A stretch of 64,000 nucleotides of DNA, taken from NCBI GenBank assembly GCA_946187935.1, contig CAMHSJ010000006.1, forward strand, positions 25,450 through 89,449, written 5' to 3'. The notes under the pieces are model-generated. The model made no database searches and had not been told where the DNA came from. It saw nothing but the letters and a program-made list of their open reading frames with translations. The position numbers and the translations under genes are program-made. Source of the DNA: an uncultured Clostridia bacterium (GTDB lineage Bacteria > Bacillota > Clostridia > Saccharofermentanales > Saccharofermentanaceae). This document shows, in pieces, positions 18,685-27,715 of this stretch. Numbering within the stretch: the first letter of the stretch is position 1; each line of letters opens with the position of its first letter.

Positions 18685-19815
18685 ATGAGCGAGATAAAAA
18701 CATTTCAGGATCTGGATCTGTCACCGGAGGTCATGAATGCCCTTAAGAAGATGGGCTGCAAGAGACCTACGACTGTTCAGCGCGAGGCCATTCCGCTGAT
18801 GATGGACAATATGAGCATCATTGCCAAGGCTCCCACGGGAACAGGCAAGACTTTTGCTTTCGGCATCCCGATCCTCGAATACCTTAACCTGGATGTTAAG
18901 TTCGTCCAGGCCCTGATCCTGTGTCCTACAAGAGAACTCGCCCTTCAGATCAATTCCGAATTAAAGCTCCTGGGCAAATACATAGAAGGCTTCAAGTCTG
19001 TCGCCCTGATAGGCGGTCAGGGGATGCATATCCAGACCGAGAGGCTCAAGAAGAATCCCCAGGTCGTGGTAGCCACTCCCGGAAGGCTCCTTGATATGTG
19101 CAGAAGGGGTAATATCGATATATCAGAGATCTATACTCTTGTATTGGATGAAGCTGACGAGATGCTCAAGATGGGCTTTATCAAGGATATCAGGGCGATA
19201 ATGGCTCTGACTCCAAAGGATAAGCAGATAGCCCTGTTCTCGGCAACCATGCCCCGCGAAGTCCAGGATATCACATGGCAGTTCATGGACGGCGCAGCGG
19301 AGATCGACGTAATGCCCAAGGCGGAAGACCACCCTGATATCGAGCAGTTCATTGTGTCCTGCCCTGTCAAGGACAAGATAAGGAACATCGTGCTCATTAT
19401 GGGCAGGGAAGACATAAGAAAAGCTATCGTCTTCTGCAATACAAAGACAGAGGCATCCAAGGTCTGCGCAAGGCTTTCGCAGTCGGGAATATCATCTGAG
19501 GTCCTGCACGGAGATATATCGCAGGGCGCCAGGAACCGCGTTATGGAATCCTACAGGAAAGACAAGTTCGATGTTCTTGTTGCAACTGATGTAGTCGCAA
19601 GAGGCATCGATGTCGATGACATAGAAGCAGTGTTTAATTACGATATCCCCAATGAGAATGAACTGTATCTGCACAGGATCGGAAGGACCGCAAGGGCAGG
19701 CAAGAGGGGCAGATCCTTTTCGCTCGTATCCTTCATGGAGCAGGGCAGGATGGATGAGATCATTAGATATACGAAGGTCGATCCTTCGCCGTACGTTTTA
19801 CCTGACCAGCTTTGA
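18685..19815 (+). CDS. DEAD-box RNA helicase (core domains only)
   Basis: Q motif, APTGTGKT, PTRELA, TPGRL, DEAD, SAT, ARGID, HRIGRTARAG. Confidence 0.95.
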   Translation: MSEIKTFQDLDLSPEVMNALKKMGCKRPTTVQREAIPLMMDNMSIIAKAPTGTGKTFAFGIPILEYLNLDVKFVQALILCPTRELALQINSELKLLGKYIEGFKSVALIGGQGMHIQTERLKKNPQVVVATPGRLLDMCRRGNIDISEIYTLVLDEADEMLKMGFIKDIRAIMALTPKDKQIALFSATMPREVQDITWQFMDGAAEIDVMPKAEDHPDIEQFIVSCPVKDKIRNIVLIMGREDIRKAIVFCNTKTEASKVCARLSQSGISSEVLHGDISQGARNRVMESYRKDKFDVLVATDVVARGIDVDDIEAVFNYDIPNENELYLHRIGRTARAGKRGRSFSLVSFMEQGRMDEIIRYTKVDPSPYVLPDQL

Positions 19816-21270
19816 GATCTTGGATCTTAAGGACTTTTTGTACGTACCGGGATAAAGGAATATCAGCATCGGGAACAGTTCCAATCTTCCTGCGAGCATA
19901 TCGAAGATGAGCACCCACTTGGACAGCCCCGTCATGAACGAATAGTTTGCGGTAGGTCCTACAAGCGCAAGACCCGGGCCTATATTGTTTATGGTCGCAG
20001 CTACTGCGGTAAAGCTCGTAACAAGGTCATGTCCCTCGATGGACACTATGAGGAGCGATACCGTAAAGATCACGAGGAAGACAAAATAGTAGGCGCTGAC
20101 GGATCTTACCATGCCGTCATCTACAGGCTTGCCGTCCATCTTGATGGTCTTGATGTTGTTCGGGTGGATGTAGCTGTCGATCTCCTTGGCAAATGACTTG
20201 AGCTTTATGATAAGACGGCTTACCTTGATGCCGCCTCCCGTTGAACCTGCGCAGGCTCCGACGAACATGAGCATGACCAGGATGCACTTGGTAAGAGTTG
20301 GCCAGGTGTCAAAATCCGCCGATGAGAAACCCGTGGTCGTGATGACCGTTGCGACCTGGAAGGCAGAGTGCTTGAGGGCATCTTTGACATTGCCGTAAAG
20401 GCTGAAGATATTGACCGTGATGACGGCAACAGAGCCCAGGATTATCAGGATGTAAGCTCTTACTTCCTCCATCTTAAAGCCCTTTACTATCTGTTTTGTG
20501 ACGATAAGGTAGTAGAAGTTGAAGTTGACGCCGAACAGGATCATGAAGAATGTGACCACCCACTGTATCAGTGAAGAGTAAGACATGAAGCTGTCGTTCT
20601 TTATGCCGAATCCTCCAGTACCCGCTGTTCCGAAGGCTGAACAGAAGCTGTCGAAAACAGGCATTCCGCAGCAGATGAGAACTATTATCTCTATGACGGT
20701 GAGCGCGAGATAGATAAGATAAAGTGCTTTTGCGGTGGCCCTTACCTTGGGCACGAGCTTGCCGACAGAAGGCCCCGGGCTTTCCGCTTTCATGAGGTTC
20801 ATGTTCGTTCCGCCAGTCATGGGTACGACTGCCAGAAGAAATACGAGAACGCCCATGCCTCCGATCCAGTGCGTCAGAGACCTCCATATCAGTGATGTGT
20901 GCGACATGCTCTCGACTTCAGTAAGGATGGAAGCGCCCGTTGTGGTAAAGCCTGAAACAGTCTCGAAAAGAGCATTCGTAAAGTTCGGGATCTCGCCTGT
21001 GAGCATGAACGGAATGCAGCCGACAACTGACATTACCACCCAGGACAGGGCCGTTATTACGCATCCGTCCTTTAAGAAGATCTTGGAATTAACAGGGAGT
21101 TTGATCGACATCAGTATGCCCAGAAGGATAGTAACAAGGGCAGTCACGATGTAGATAAATACCTTGTCAGCCTCCTGATAGAACAGGCCGGTTACGATCG
21201 GGATAGCCATAAGACTTCCGAGGATTATCATAACCTTGCCGGTTACAAACAGGTGCATCTTGTAATTCAT
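19798..21270 (-). CDS. trkH: Trk potassium uptake membrane subunit
   Basis: FETVSGFTTTG, W.GGMG, AGTGGF, TTTGF, GSTGGGIK, NNIGPG, GRLE. Confidence 0.95.
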   Translation of the reverse strand: MNYKMHLFVTGKVMIILGSLMAIPIVTGLFYQEADKVFIYIVTALVTILLGILMSIKLPVNSKIFLKDGCVITALSWVVMSVVGCIPFMLTGEIPNFTNALFETVSGFTTTGASILTEVESMSHTSLIWRSLTHWIGGMGVLVFLLAVVPMTGGTNMNLMKAESPGPSVGKLVPKVRATAKALYLIYLALTVIEIIVLICCGMPVFDSFCSAFGTAGTGGFGIKNDSFMSYSSLIQWVVTFFMILFGVNFNFYYLIVTKQIVKGFKMEEVRAYILIILGSVAVITVNIFSLYGNVKDALKHSAFQVATVITTTGFSSADFDTWPTLTKCILVMLMFVGACAGSTGGGIKVSRLIIKLKSFAKEIDSYIHPNNIKTIKMDGKPVDDGMVRSVSAYYFVFLVIFTVSLLIVSIEGHDLVTSFTAVAATINNIGPGLALVGPTANYSFMTGLSKWVLIFDMLAGRLELFPMLIFLYPGTYKKSLRSKISKLVR

Positions 21271-22640
21271 CGCATTATATCCTGAAGTTCAGTAAAGCCT
21301 TTTTGAGTAGTGACGATCATGACATTATCACCGACGCTGATCACATCGTTTCCCGTGGGGATGATGAGCTTGCCGTTGTGGCTGATAAAGGAGATGATAA
21401 CGTTGTTCTTGATATTAAGATCCTTAAGAGGAACTCCCGTTACTGAGGATTCTTCTTTGACCTTGAACTCTATTGCTTCGGCATTGCCGTCCAAGAGCAG
21501 ATACATGACTTCGACGTTGGAACCTATCGAAGCCTGCCTTGCTCTTACATATGAGATGATGGTCTCTGCAGTTATGTATTTCGGATAGATGACAGAACCT
21601 AAGTTGAGGCTGTTTATTACCTGGGTAAACGTGATCCTGTTGATCTTGGTTACGACTTTGGCATTTGATACGTTCCTCGCATGAAGGGTGAGCATGATGT
21701 TCTCTTCATCGATACCCGTAAGCGCCACAAAGGAATCCGTATCTTCGATGCCTGCTTCTTCCAGGAAGTTGGAATCGATGCCGTCGCCGTTAAGGATAGT
21801 TGCCTTCGGGAGCATGGTGCTCAGATATTCGCAGCGCTTGGGATCCTTCTCTATTATCTTGACGGAGATGCCGGATTTGATGAGCTGGTCTGCAAGATAG
21901 AAAGCTGATTTACCGCCGCCAATGATAAGAGTGTCCCTTACCGACTTGGTGTTGTAGCCTATCGCCTTAAGGAATCCGAGACAGACCTTACGTGATGACA
22001 CGAATGATATTACGTCCCCGCCCTTGAGCACAAAGCTTCCGTTAGGGATGAAGACTTCCTCGCCTCGCTCGACTCCGACAAATACCATGTTGTTAGTGAT
22101 GTTCTTGCCGATGTAAGCTATGTCCTTGCCGTCTAACATATTGTCTTCAGGGAGCCTGATCCTTACGAGTTCGGCGCTTCCGTGAGCGAATGTGTTGATG
22201 GAGATCGCGGCAGGGAGGAACAGGAGACGTGCAGCGCACGCTGCAGCCTCGAATTCCGGATTGATGATCATGTCAATGGCAAGCCTGCTCCTCAGATACG
22301 GGATCTCGTTGCCGTAGTCAGGATCTCTTACTCTTGCTATTGTGGCGATATTGGAATTGAACTGCTTGGCAATGGTGCAGCACAAGAGGTTAAGTTCATC
22401 CGAATCAGTCACCGCGATGAACAGATCCGTATCGGCAATGCCCGCTTCTTCGAGCGTTTCATGGCTCGATCCGGAACCGTGAAGGATCATGCAGTCGGTG
22501 TTCTTCTGAAGATCGTTAAGACGGTCCTCGCTCTTGTCGATCATTATTATGTTGTGACCTTCGTCAGTAAGCCTGACGGCAAGAGTGCAGCCAACTTTGC
22601 CTGCGCCGACTATGATGATCGTTAGTCCTGATCTGTTCAT
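21267..22640 (-). CDS. trkA: Trk potassium uptake RCK subunit
   Basis: Two RCK_N/RCK_C units: IVGAGKVG and IIGGGKSA; adjacent to trkH. Confidence 0.95.
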   Translation of the reverse strand: MNRSGLTIIIVGAGKVGCTLAVRLTDEGHNIIMIDKSEDRLNDLQKNTDCMILHGSGSSHETLEEAGIADTDLFIAVTDSDELNLLCCTIAKQFNSNIATIARVRDPDYGNEIPYLRSRLAIDMIINPEFEAAACAARLLFLPAAISINTFAHGSAELVRIRLPEDNMLDGKDIAYIGKNITNNMVFVGVERGEEVFIPNGSFVLKGGDVISFVSSRKVCLGFLKAIGYNTKSVRDTLIIGGGKSAFYLADQLIKSGISVKIIEKDPKRCEYLSTMLPKATILNGDGIDSNFLEEAGIEDTDSFVALTGIDEENIMLTLHARNVSNAKVVTKINRITFTQVINSLNLGSVIYPKYITAETIISYVRARQASIGSNVEVMYLLLDGNAEAIEFKVKEESSVTGVPLKDLNIKNNVIISFISHNGKLIIPTGNDVISVGDNVMIVTTQKGFTELQDIMR

Positions 22641-22672
22641 TGGCAGTAGCTCCTTCGTTACCCTGGCTTATA

Positions 22673-23731
22673 TTATAAACCAAATAACGTCTTTATTGCT
22701 TCCTTATCGACTCCTGCGCCGATAACGCAGAGTTTGCCCGTAACATCAGCAGGTCCGAACCTTACATCGGACTCGCCCGGAACGAAGTCAAAGTGGATCC
22801 ACTCTGACTCGCCTGCGACGATGCCCTTGGCACGGAGGACCTGTCCGTACTCGCCGGAATCAAGAGCCTTAAGAGCCTTCTCTATGTCTTCCTTTGTGAA
22901 TGACTTTGTCGTCTCCAGACCAATGGAATCAAAGATCTCATCTGCATGATGGTGGTGATGTTCATGCTCATGATCATGCTCTTCTTCGTGATCATGGTCG
23001 TGGTGGTGTTCATGCTCATGTTCTTCTTCATGGTCATGATCGTGATGGTGTTCGTGCTCATGCTCGTGGTCATGATCGTGGTGATGATGCTCGTGCTCGT
23101 GCTTTTCTGCTTCGAGAAGAGCCTGCGCCATGTCTGCTGCAGTAAGAGGCTCCTCTATTGCCTTTAAGATCTGGCTTCCGGAGAGCTGATCCCAGGGTGT
23201 CGTGATGATCTGAGAGTGATCGTTGATCTCCTTGATAAGTGAGATGGCTGTCTCGAGCTTGGCAGGATCGATGTTGTCCGTACGGCTCAATATGATCGTG
23301 CCTGCGTACTTGATCTGGTTCTCATAGAACTCTTTAAAGTTCTTTAGATACATCTTGCACTTGGATGCATCGATAACGGTAACAGTGCCGCAGATATCCG
23401 TATCTTCAACGCGCTTTACCGCAGCTACCACGTCAGAGAGCTTGCCTACTCCTGAGGGTTCGATGAGGATCCTGTCAGGGTGATATGTGTCTATGACTTC
23501 CTTCAGGGCAACGCCGAAGTCTCCTACGAGGCTGCAGCAGATGCATCCTGAGTTCATCTCAGTGATCTCGATGCCTGACTCCTTAAGGAATCCGCCGTCG
23601 ATGCCGATCTGGCCGAATTCGTTCTCGATGAGAACGAGCTTTGCTCCGTTGTATCCGTCAGAGATGAGCTTCTTGATGAGTGTCGTCTTGCCTGCTCCTA
23701 AGAATCCGGAGAAAATGTCTACTTCTGTCAT
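22673..23731 (-). CDS. COG0523/CobW-family G3E metallochaperone GTPase with His-rich insert
   Basis: SGFLGAGKTT, ENEFG, GCICC, IEPSGVG, SRTD, RAKG. Confidence 0.92.
   Translation of the reverse strand: MTEVDIFSGFLGAGKTTLIKKLISDGYNGAKLVLIENEFGQIGIDGGFLKESGIEITEMNSGCICCSLVGDFGVALKEVIDTYHPDRILIEPSGVGKLSDVVAAVKRVEDTDICGTVTVIDASKCKMYLKNFKEFYENQIKYAGTIILSRTDNIDPAKLETAISLIKEINDHSQIITTPWDQLSGSQILKAIEEPLTAADMAQALLEAEKHEHEHHHHDHDHEHEHEHHHDHDHEEEHEHEHHHDHDHEEEHDHEHEHHHHHADEIFDSIGLETTKSFTKEDIEKALKALDSGEYGQVLRAKGIVAGESEWIHFDFVPGESDVRFGPADVTGKLCVIGAGVDKEAIKTLFGL
22946..23101 (-). repeat. His/Glu/Asp-rich coding repeat (52 codons, 30 His; unit EHEHHHDHDH x3)
   Basis: Counted directly from translation. Confidence 0.95.
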
Positions 23732-23789
23732 ATGTTATTCCTTCTTTCGTATTAATATCGTGTCTGCTATATATTATTATGGTAATTTC

Positions 23790-24740
23790 TTAATTAAAAT
23801 ATATTACGGGGTTCTCAGGGGCTGAAGTCACCGCATAGTCATCAACGTTTAAGCATGGGACTAAGAACTTGTTTCCTTCCTCATCCCTGTCTTCGAAATA
23901 ACCGACAGTACCTGTGACCTTGAGCCACTGTCCTGCGGGGAAATTGCTTCCGTATCTGTACATGCAGATTATGCCCATCGGAGTCACATCAGCAGCGCAG
24001 CAGGTGTATGCTTCACGCTGGAGTCCGAAAGCCCTGCCCTGCATCTCTCTTGAGGTAACGGCCTGCCCGATCAGTGATATGCGCTTGCCGTTATATCTTT
24101 CCACATTGTCAAAAGCGTCAGTATAAAAAAGACCGAAATCGTCCGCTGCGATGTTGCAGGGATTCTTCGAAAGGTCGTAGGGAAGGTGATCCTCGATACG
24201 GATTATCGTGTTGTCCTTGCTCAGAAAGTTTATGGATACGGAAGGGTTGACTGCCTTGACCGAACCTCTGAGCCTGGGGATATTGTCGGTCTGCGGATCG
24301 ACCCTGTTGAAGATGACCGTGTCGCAGTTTCTGTAGTAGTCAGCGAAGAATGTCTGCATGTTCCTGTAGTAGTCGCCGTATGTTGAGCAGTCTACGACAA
24401 CGATGGATGCGGCCAGCGCCCACCTCTGGGGAACATCGACCTTGTCGAAGAACTCGTTGGGCGATACGGAGCCGTTCCACTCAATGAAGATCAGCTCGGG
24501 CCTGTGCTTGTTCTCGATGTCGAACATGAGCTCCTTGGTGACTTCATCTGTCTCGCAGTTTATGACGACAGGATCAGAAGCAGGGTAGTTCTCCTTGATG
24601 TATTCCTCTTCGCCTTCCTCGGTATTGATAACGACACTCTTGTGGCCGCCGAAGTTCTCGCCGTCGAGCCATGAGCATATGACGGAGGTCTTGCCGCTCC
24701 CTAAGAAACCCGTGAAAAAATAAACCAAACAATCATCCAT
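23790..24740 (-). CDS. CobW-like P-loop protein with C-terminal DUF1980/TIGR03943-like TCCAAD domain
   Basis: TGFLGSGKTS, EEGEEEY, IEWNG, IFNR, AYTCCAAD; start ATG 24740 after GAGGTG. Confidence 0.8.
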   Translation of the reverse strand: MDDCLVYFFTGFLGSGKTSVICSWLDGENFGGHKSVVINTEEGEEEYIKENYPASDPVVINCETDEVTKELMFDIENKHRPELIFIEWNGSVSPNEFFDKVDVPQRWALAASIVVVDCSTYGDYYRNMQTFFADYYRNCDTVIFNRVDPQTDNIPRLRGSVKAVNPSVSINFLSKDNTIIRIEDHLPYDLSKNPCNIAADDFGLFYTDAFDNVERYNGKRISLIGQAVTSREMQGRAFGLQREAYTCCAADVTPMGIICMYRYGSNFPAGQWLKVTGTVGYFEDRDEEGNKFLVPCLNVDDYAVTSAPENPVIYFN

Positions 24741-24823
24741 AAAAGGCACCTCTCATATCGAATACTATTTTGTCCTCTAATAGTAATTATTTCAAGTAAA
24801 AAAAGGGTTACAATTTTCTTTAT

Positions 24824-25822
24824 ATGGATAAGGTCAGAATAGGTAATATCGACATAGACACTCCTCTGTGCCTCGCGCCGATGGCGGGCTTTTCGAGCGT
24901 GCCGTTCCGCATCATGTGCAGAAGGTACGGCTCGGCATATGCTCCGACCGAGCTTGCGAGCGCCAGGTCCGTCAGGTTCTCCGGCATCGAAAAGTCCTTC
25001 AGATACATGAGGATAGATCCCGGCAGAGAAGGCATATGCGCGATCCAGCTTTTCGGAAACGATCCTGAGGATTTCAGATGTGCCGTTCACGCTATAGTTG
25101 ATGATCCCCGCCTTGCTGGCGTTGCGATAATAGACATCAACATGGGATGCCCTGTTCCCAAGGTCGTAAAGACAGGGTCGGGTTCTTTTCTCATGACAGA
25201 TCCGTCTCTTGCGGGAAAGATAGTAAAGGCCTCTAAGGAGGCAGTCAGGGAGACCGGAAGGGACATACCCGTAACGGTCAAGACCAGGACCGGTTTTGAA
25301 GCAGGCGACAGGGGCGTGCCTGATCTTGCCAGGGCGGTTGCGGATAACGGATGCGACATGCTCTGTGTTCACGGCAGGACCCGCCCGCAGATGTATTCGG
25401 GTGAAGCGGACACGGAAGCCATCGCCGTCATGCGCGAGGCGGTAAGACCTTACGGCATTCCTTTCTTTGCCAACGGAGATGTTTCTGATGGCGAGAGTGC
25501 CGGGCGTATGCTTAAGATGACAGGAGCAGACGGCCTTATGGTCGGAAGAGCTGCCCGGGGCAACCCCATGGTCTTCCGGAAGATATTAAACGAGATGGAA
25601 GGGGTGCCTTTCGAAGCGCCTTCGGATGATGTCAGGAAAGAACTTCTCATGGAAGAACTCCTTGGCAGGGCAAGCTATCTGCCTGAAGAGGTTGCGGTAA
25701 GGGAGATGAGGAGCGTCATGCCGTTCTATGTAAAGGGCATGCATGAAGCAGCGAAGTTAAAAACTTCTCTTGTAAGATGTGTAACCATAGAAGAGGTAAA
25801 GGAGGTGCTCGGGATTGACTAA
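24824..25822 (+). CDS. dusB: tRNA-dihydrouridine synthase
   Basis: LAPMAG, IQLFG, DINMGCP, GSGS.LM, VHGRT, ANGDV, MVGRAA.GNP. Confidence 0.93.
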   Translation: MDKVRIGNIDIDTPLCLAPMAGFSSVPFRIMCRRYGSAYAPTELASARSVRFSGIEKSFRYMRIDPGREGICAIQLFGNDPEDFRCAVHAIVDDPRLAGVAIIDINMGCPVPKVVKTGSGSFLMTDPSLAGKIVKASKEAVRETGRDIPVTVKTRTGFEAGDRGVPDLARAVADNGCDMLCVHGRTRPQMYSGEADTEAIAVMREAVRPYGIPFFANGDVSDGESAGRMLKMTGADGLMVGRAARGNPMVFRKILNEMEGVPFEAPSDDVRKELLMEELLGRASYLPEEVAVREMRSVMPFYVKGMHEAAKLKTSLVRCVTIEEVKEVLGID

Positions 25823-26444
25823 CATCATTATAGCAGTACTGACCATTGCCTGCGGATGCTTTATCTGTTTTGCAGGCTATAACTTCTTCAGATTGTGTCT
25901 GGGACTGTTGGGCGGAGCTTTGGGTTATATCGCAGGTTCCATGTTATCAGTTAAGCTCGCGCCTTTGTTCGGTGAGAATGAAGGAACCGCCAAGATAGTC
26001 ATCATCTGCATATTTACTCTCCTGTTCGGAGCTCTGGCATTCTGGCTCTATCTTAAGGTCCTTATAATCGCTGCTTCACTCTATGTCGGCTGGTGGGTAT
26101 TTACGGACTACAGGGCTCTTTCTGCAGAGATCACCACGGGCAAGTCCGTGGCAGCGCTTCTTGTCGGCATAGCAGCAGGCGCTCTTATAGGTATTGCCGT
26201 TTACTATGCGCAGAAGTGGACCATCAGTCTGTTTACCGCATTGGTCGGTGCGAGGATAATCTCTTCCGTTATAACACCCGTGCTCTACGACAGGTTCCTT
26301 AGCAGCGGCACGGCAACTGATATCGAGGAGGCAGCTCTGGGGACATCTCTTACGGGGAGCATGGTCCAGGCAAGCGCCATAGTCGTACTTGTATTTACGG
26401 TAATAGGTTTTTCTTACCAGCTTAAAAACGGCAAGAAAAAATGA
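25815..26444 (+). CDS. Membrane protein, DUF4203-like
   Basis: Six to seven Gly-rich TM helices, CFAGYNFFR..LG..GG pattern; TTG start. Confidence 0.6.
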   Translation: MTNIIIAVLTIACGCFICFAGYNFFRLCLGLLGGALGYIAGSMLSVKLAPLFGENEGTAKIVIICIFTLLFGALAFWLYLKVLIIAASLYVGWWVFTDYRALSAEITTGKSVAALLVGIAAGALIGIAVYYAQKWTISLFTALVGARIISSVITPVLYDRFLSSGTATDIEEAALGTSLTGSMVQASAIVVLVFTVIGFSYQLKNGKKK

Positions 26445-26445
26445 T

Positions 26446-26474
26446 TTGACCAAACGCCTTCTCCTTGCTATTAT
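26446..26474 (+). promoter_or_regulatory. Sigma-A promoter
   Basis: TTGACC-N17-TATTAT with extended TG. Confidence 0.7.
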
Positions 26475-26480
26475 CTTGCT

Positions 26481-26577
26481 ATATGCCAAAAGCATATTAG
26501 ATTAGTCTATTTTCTTTATCTATCCCTTATTCCATGTCGAGGGCACTTCGGAAATTCCGAGGTGCCCTCGGTATTTT
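26481..26577 (+). ncRNA. Candidate ~95-nt small RNA or attenuated leader
   Basis: Promoter, 5' hairpin, C/U-rich linker, then 16-bp stem 26538-26570 and GTATTTT. Confidence 0.5.
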
Positions 26578-26613
26578 GGGCAAAGTATGTTATTGTGGTC
26601 TTATCAAATATAA

Positions 26614-27699
26614 GTGAGGCCAAAGAAAATGTATTTGCTCTGTTACGGAAGATCTGGCAAGGCCAGGGTTACCGGCAATAAACTCATAGACAAGCTGGGC
26701 GGCAGATGGATAAGCAGCTCTGACTTCTATTCCTCGGGAATAGATATCCCTGAGAGCAAGAGCGGCGCGGCCATCGTTCTCATCCTTCCTTTGGAAGCTG
26801 CACTCGAGATATTAACGGGAGCGATATCGAGCAGGATATCTGACCTGCCGGTCATCTGTTGCTCTCCTGACGGCGCATTTGTAGCTGTTATCAGGAACGG
26901 GGATCTTGGTCCTTCTGAGCTTGAGGCTCTTACGGGACATATAGCTTCCGTCTTCGGACCTTCATGCTTCACTTCTTTCGGAAGCAGGGCAGGGATCGTA
27001 ACTGATCTTGAATACTGCATCAGGAACTATTCGATGAAGGTGTCGGACCGGTCTTTGGCAGACAAGATCAATGAATACATAAGACAGGGCGGCAGGGTCA
27101 ATGTCTATTCCGACATTCCGCTCTCCTTGGCTGAACCCGTATTGGACAGTCTCGTATACCGCCTGAACATGTTCCCCGCTGAATCAAGGGGACAGCTCAC
27201 AAAGGCATTCATCGATAACGAAGAGAACACGGCATCAGAACCGGGCGTGTTCATCACCTGCCAAGCAATGCCCGAGGCAGCACAGGCCAAAAACCTCGTA
27301 CTCACTCCTGCTCTTATCTGCATAGGCGTTGAGCTCAAGGCCAAGGTCGATCCCCAGTATGCTGCTGACATCATCACCACATCATTAAAGAACCACGGAA
27401 TAGATCCTTCGTCGGTATCCACAGTCGCTGTTTCCCAGAGTGCCAGGGACAGCGAGGTCATCAAGACCATAGCCGACAGCTTTGGCGCATCAGTCACGGC
27501 ACTCAGCACAAAACAGATATCCGAGGTCAAGCTCCCTCTTGAGCCCACGTTCGCACCCGAGAAGATCAGCGACAGCGCGACCGCTGCGGCTTACCTGGCA
27601 GGAGGCGGGGGCAAGATCCTGGTAAGAAGGGGAGGCGGCTCTTCGGGAGTCGTGTTCTCCGCAGTAAGAAAGAACGGTCAATTGATAATCACTGAATAA
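26614..27699 (+). CDS. CbiG (cobalt-precorrin-5A hydrolase)-like protein, degenerate
   Basis: Three-part layout colinear with CbiG (DLPVICCSPDG, LICIGV, SATAAAYLA) but conserved motifs altered. Confidence 0.65.
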   Translation: MRPKKMYLLCYGRSGKARVTGNKLIDKLGGRWISSSDFYSSGIDIPESKSGAAIVLILPLEAALEILTGAISSRISDLPVICCSPDGAFVAVIRNGDLGPSELEALTGHIASVFGPSCFTSFGSRAGIVTDLEYCIRNYSMKVSDRSLADKINEYIRQGGRVNVYSDIPLSLAEPVLDSLVYRLNMFPAESRGQLTKAFIDNEENTASEPGVFITCQAMPEAAQAKNLVLTPALICIGVELKAKVDPQYAADIITTSLKNHGIDPSSVSTVAVSQSARDSEVIKTIADSFGASVTALSTKQISEVKLPLEPTFAPEKISDSATAAAYLAGGGGKILVRRGGGSSGVVFSAVRKNGQLIITE

Positions 27700-27715
27700 T
27701 TTAAGGGGGCAGCCT

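Noticed and set aside
22946-23101. Periodic DNA as a possible CRISPR array or tandem repeat element
   Set aside because: In-frame coding repeat with no unique spacers and no cas genes
22900-23167. Plus-strand ORFs rich in Met/Val or Asp/His/Arg
   Set aside because: Alternative-frame readings of the His repeat
24701-25372. 223-aa minus-strand ORF over dusB
   Set aside because: Shadow of dusB; no recognisable motifs
26445-26613. Cobalamin riboswitch upstream of the CbiG-like gene
   Set aside because: Lacks the B12-box and the GGGAA/ACTG core; too short
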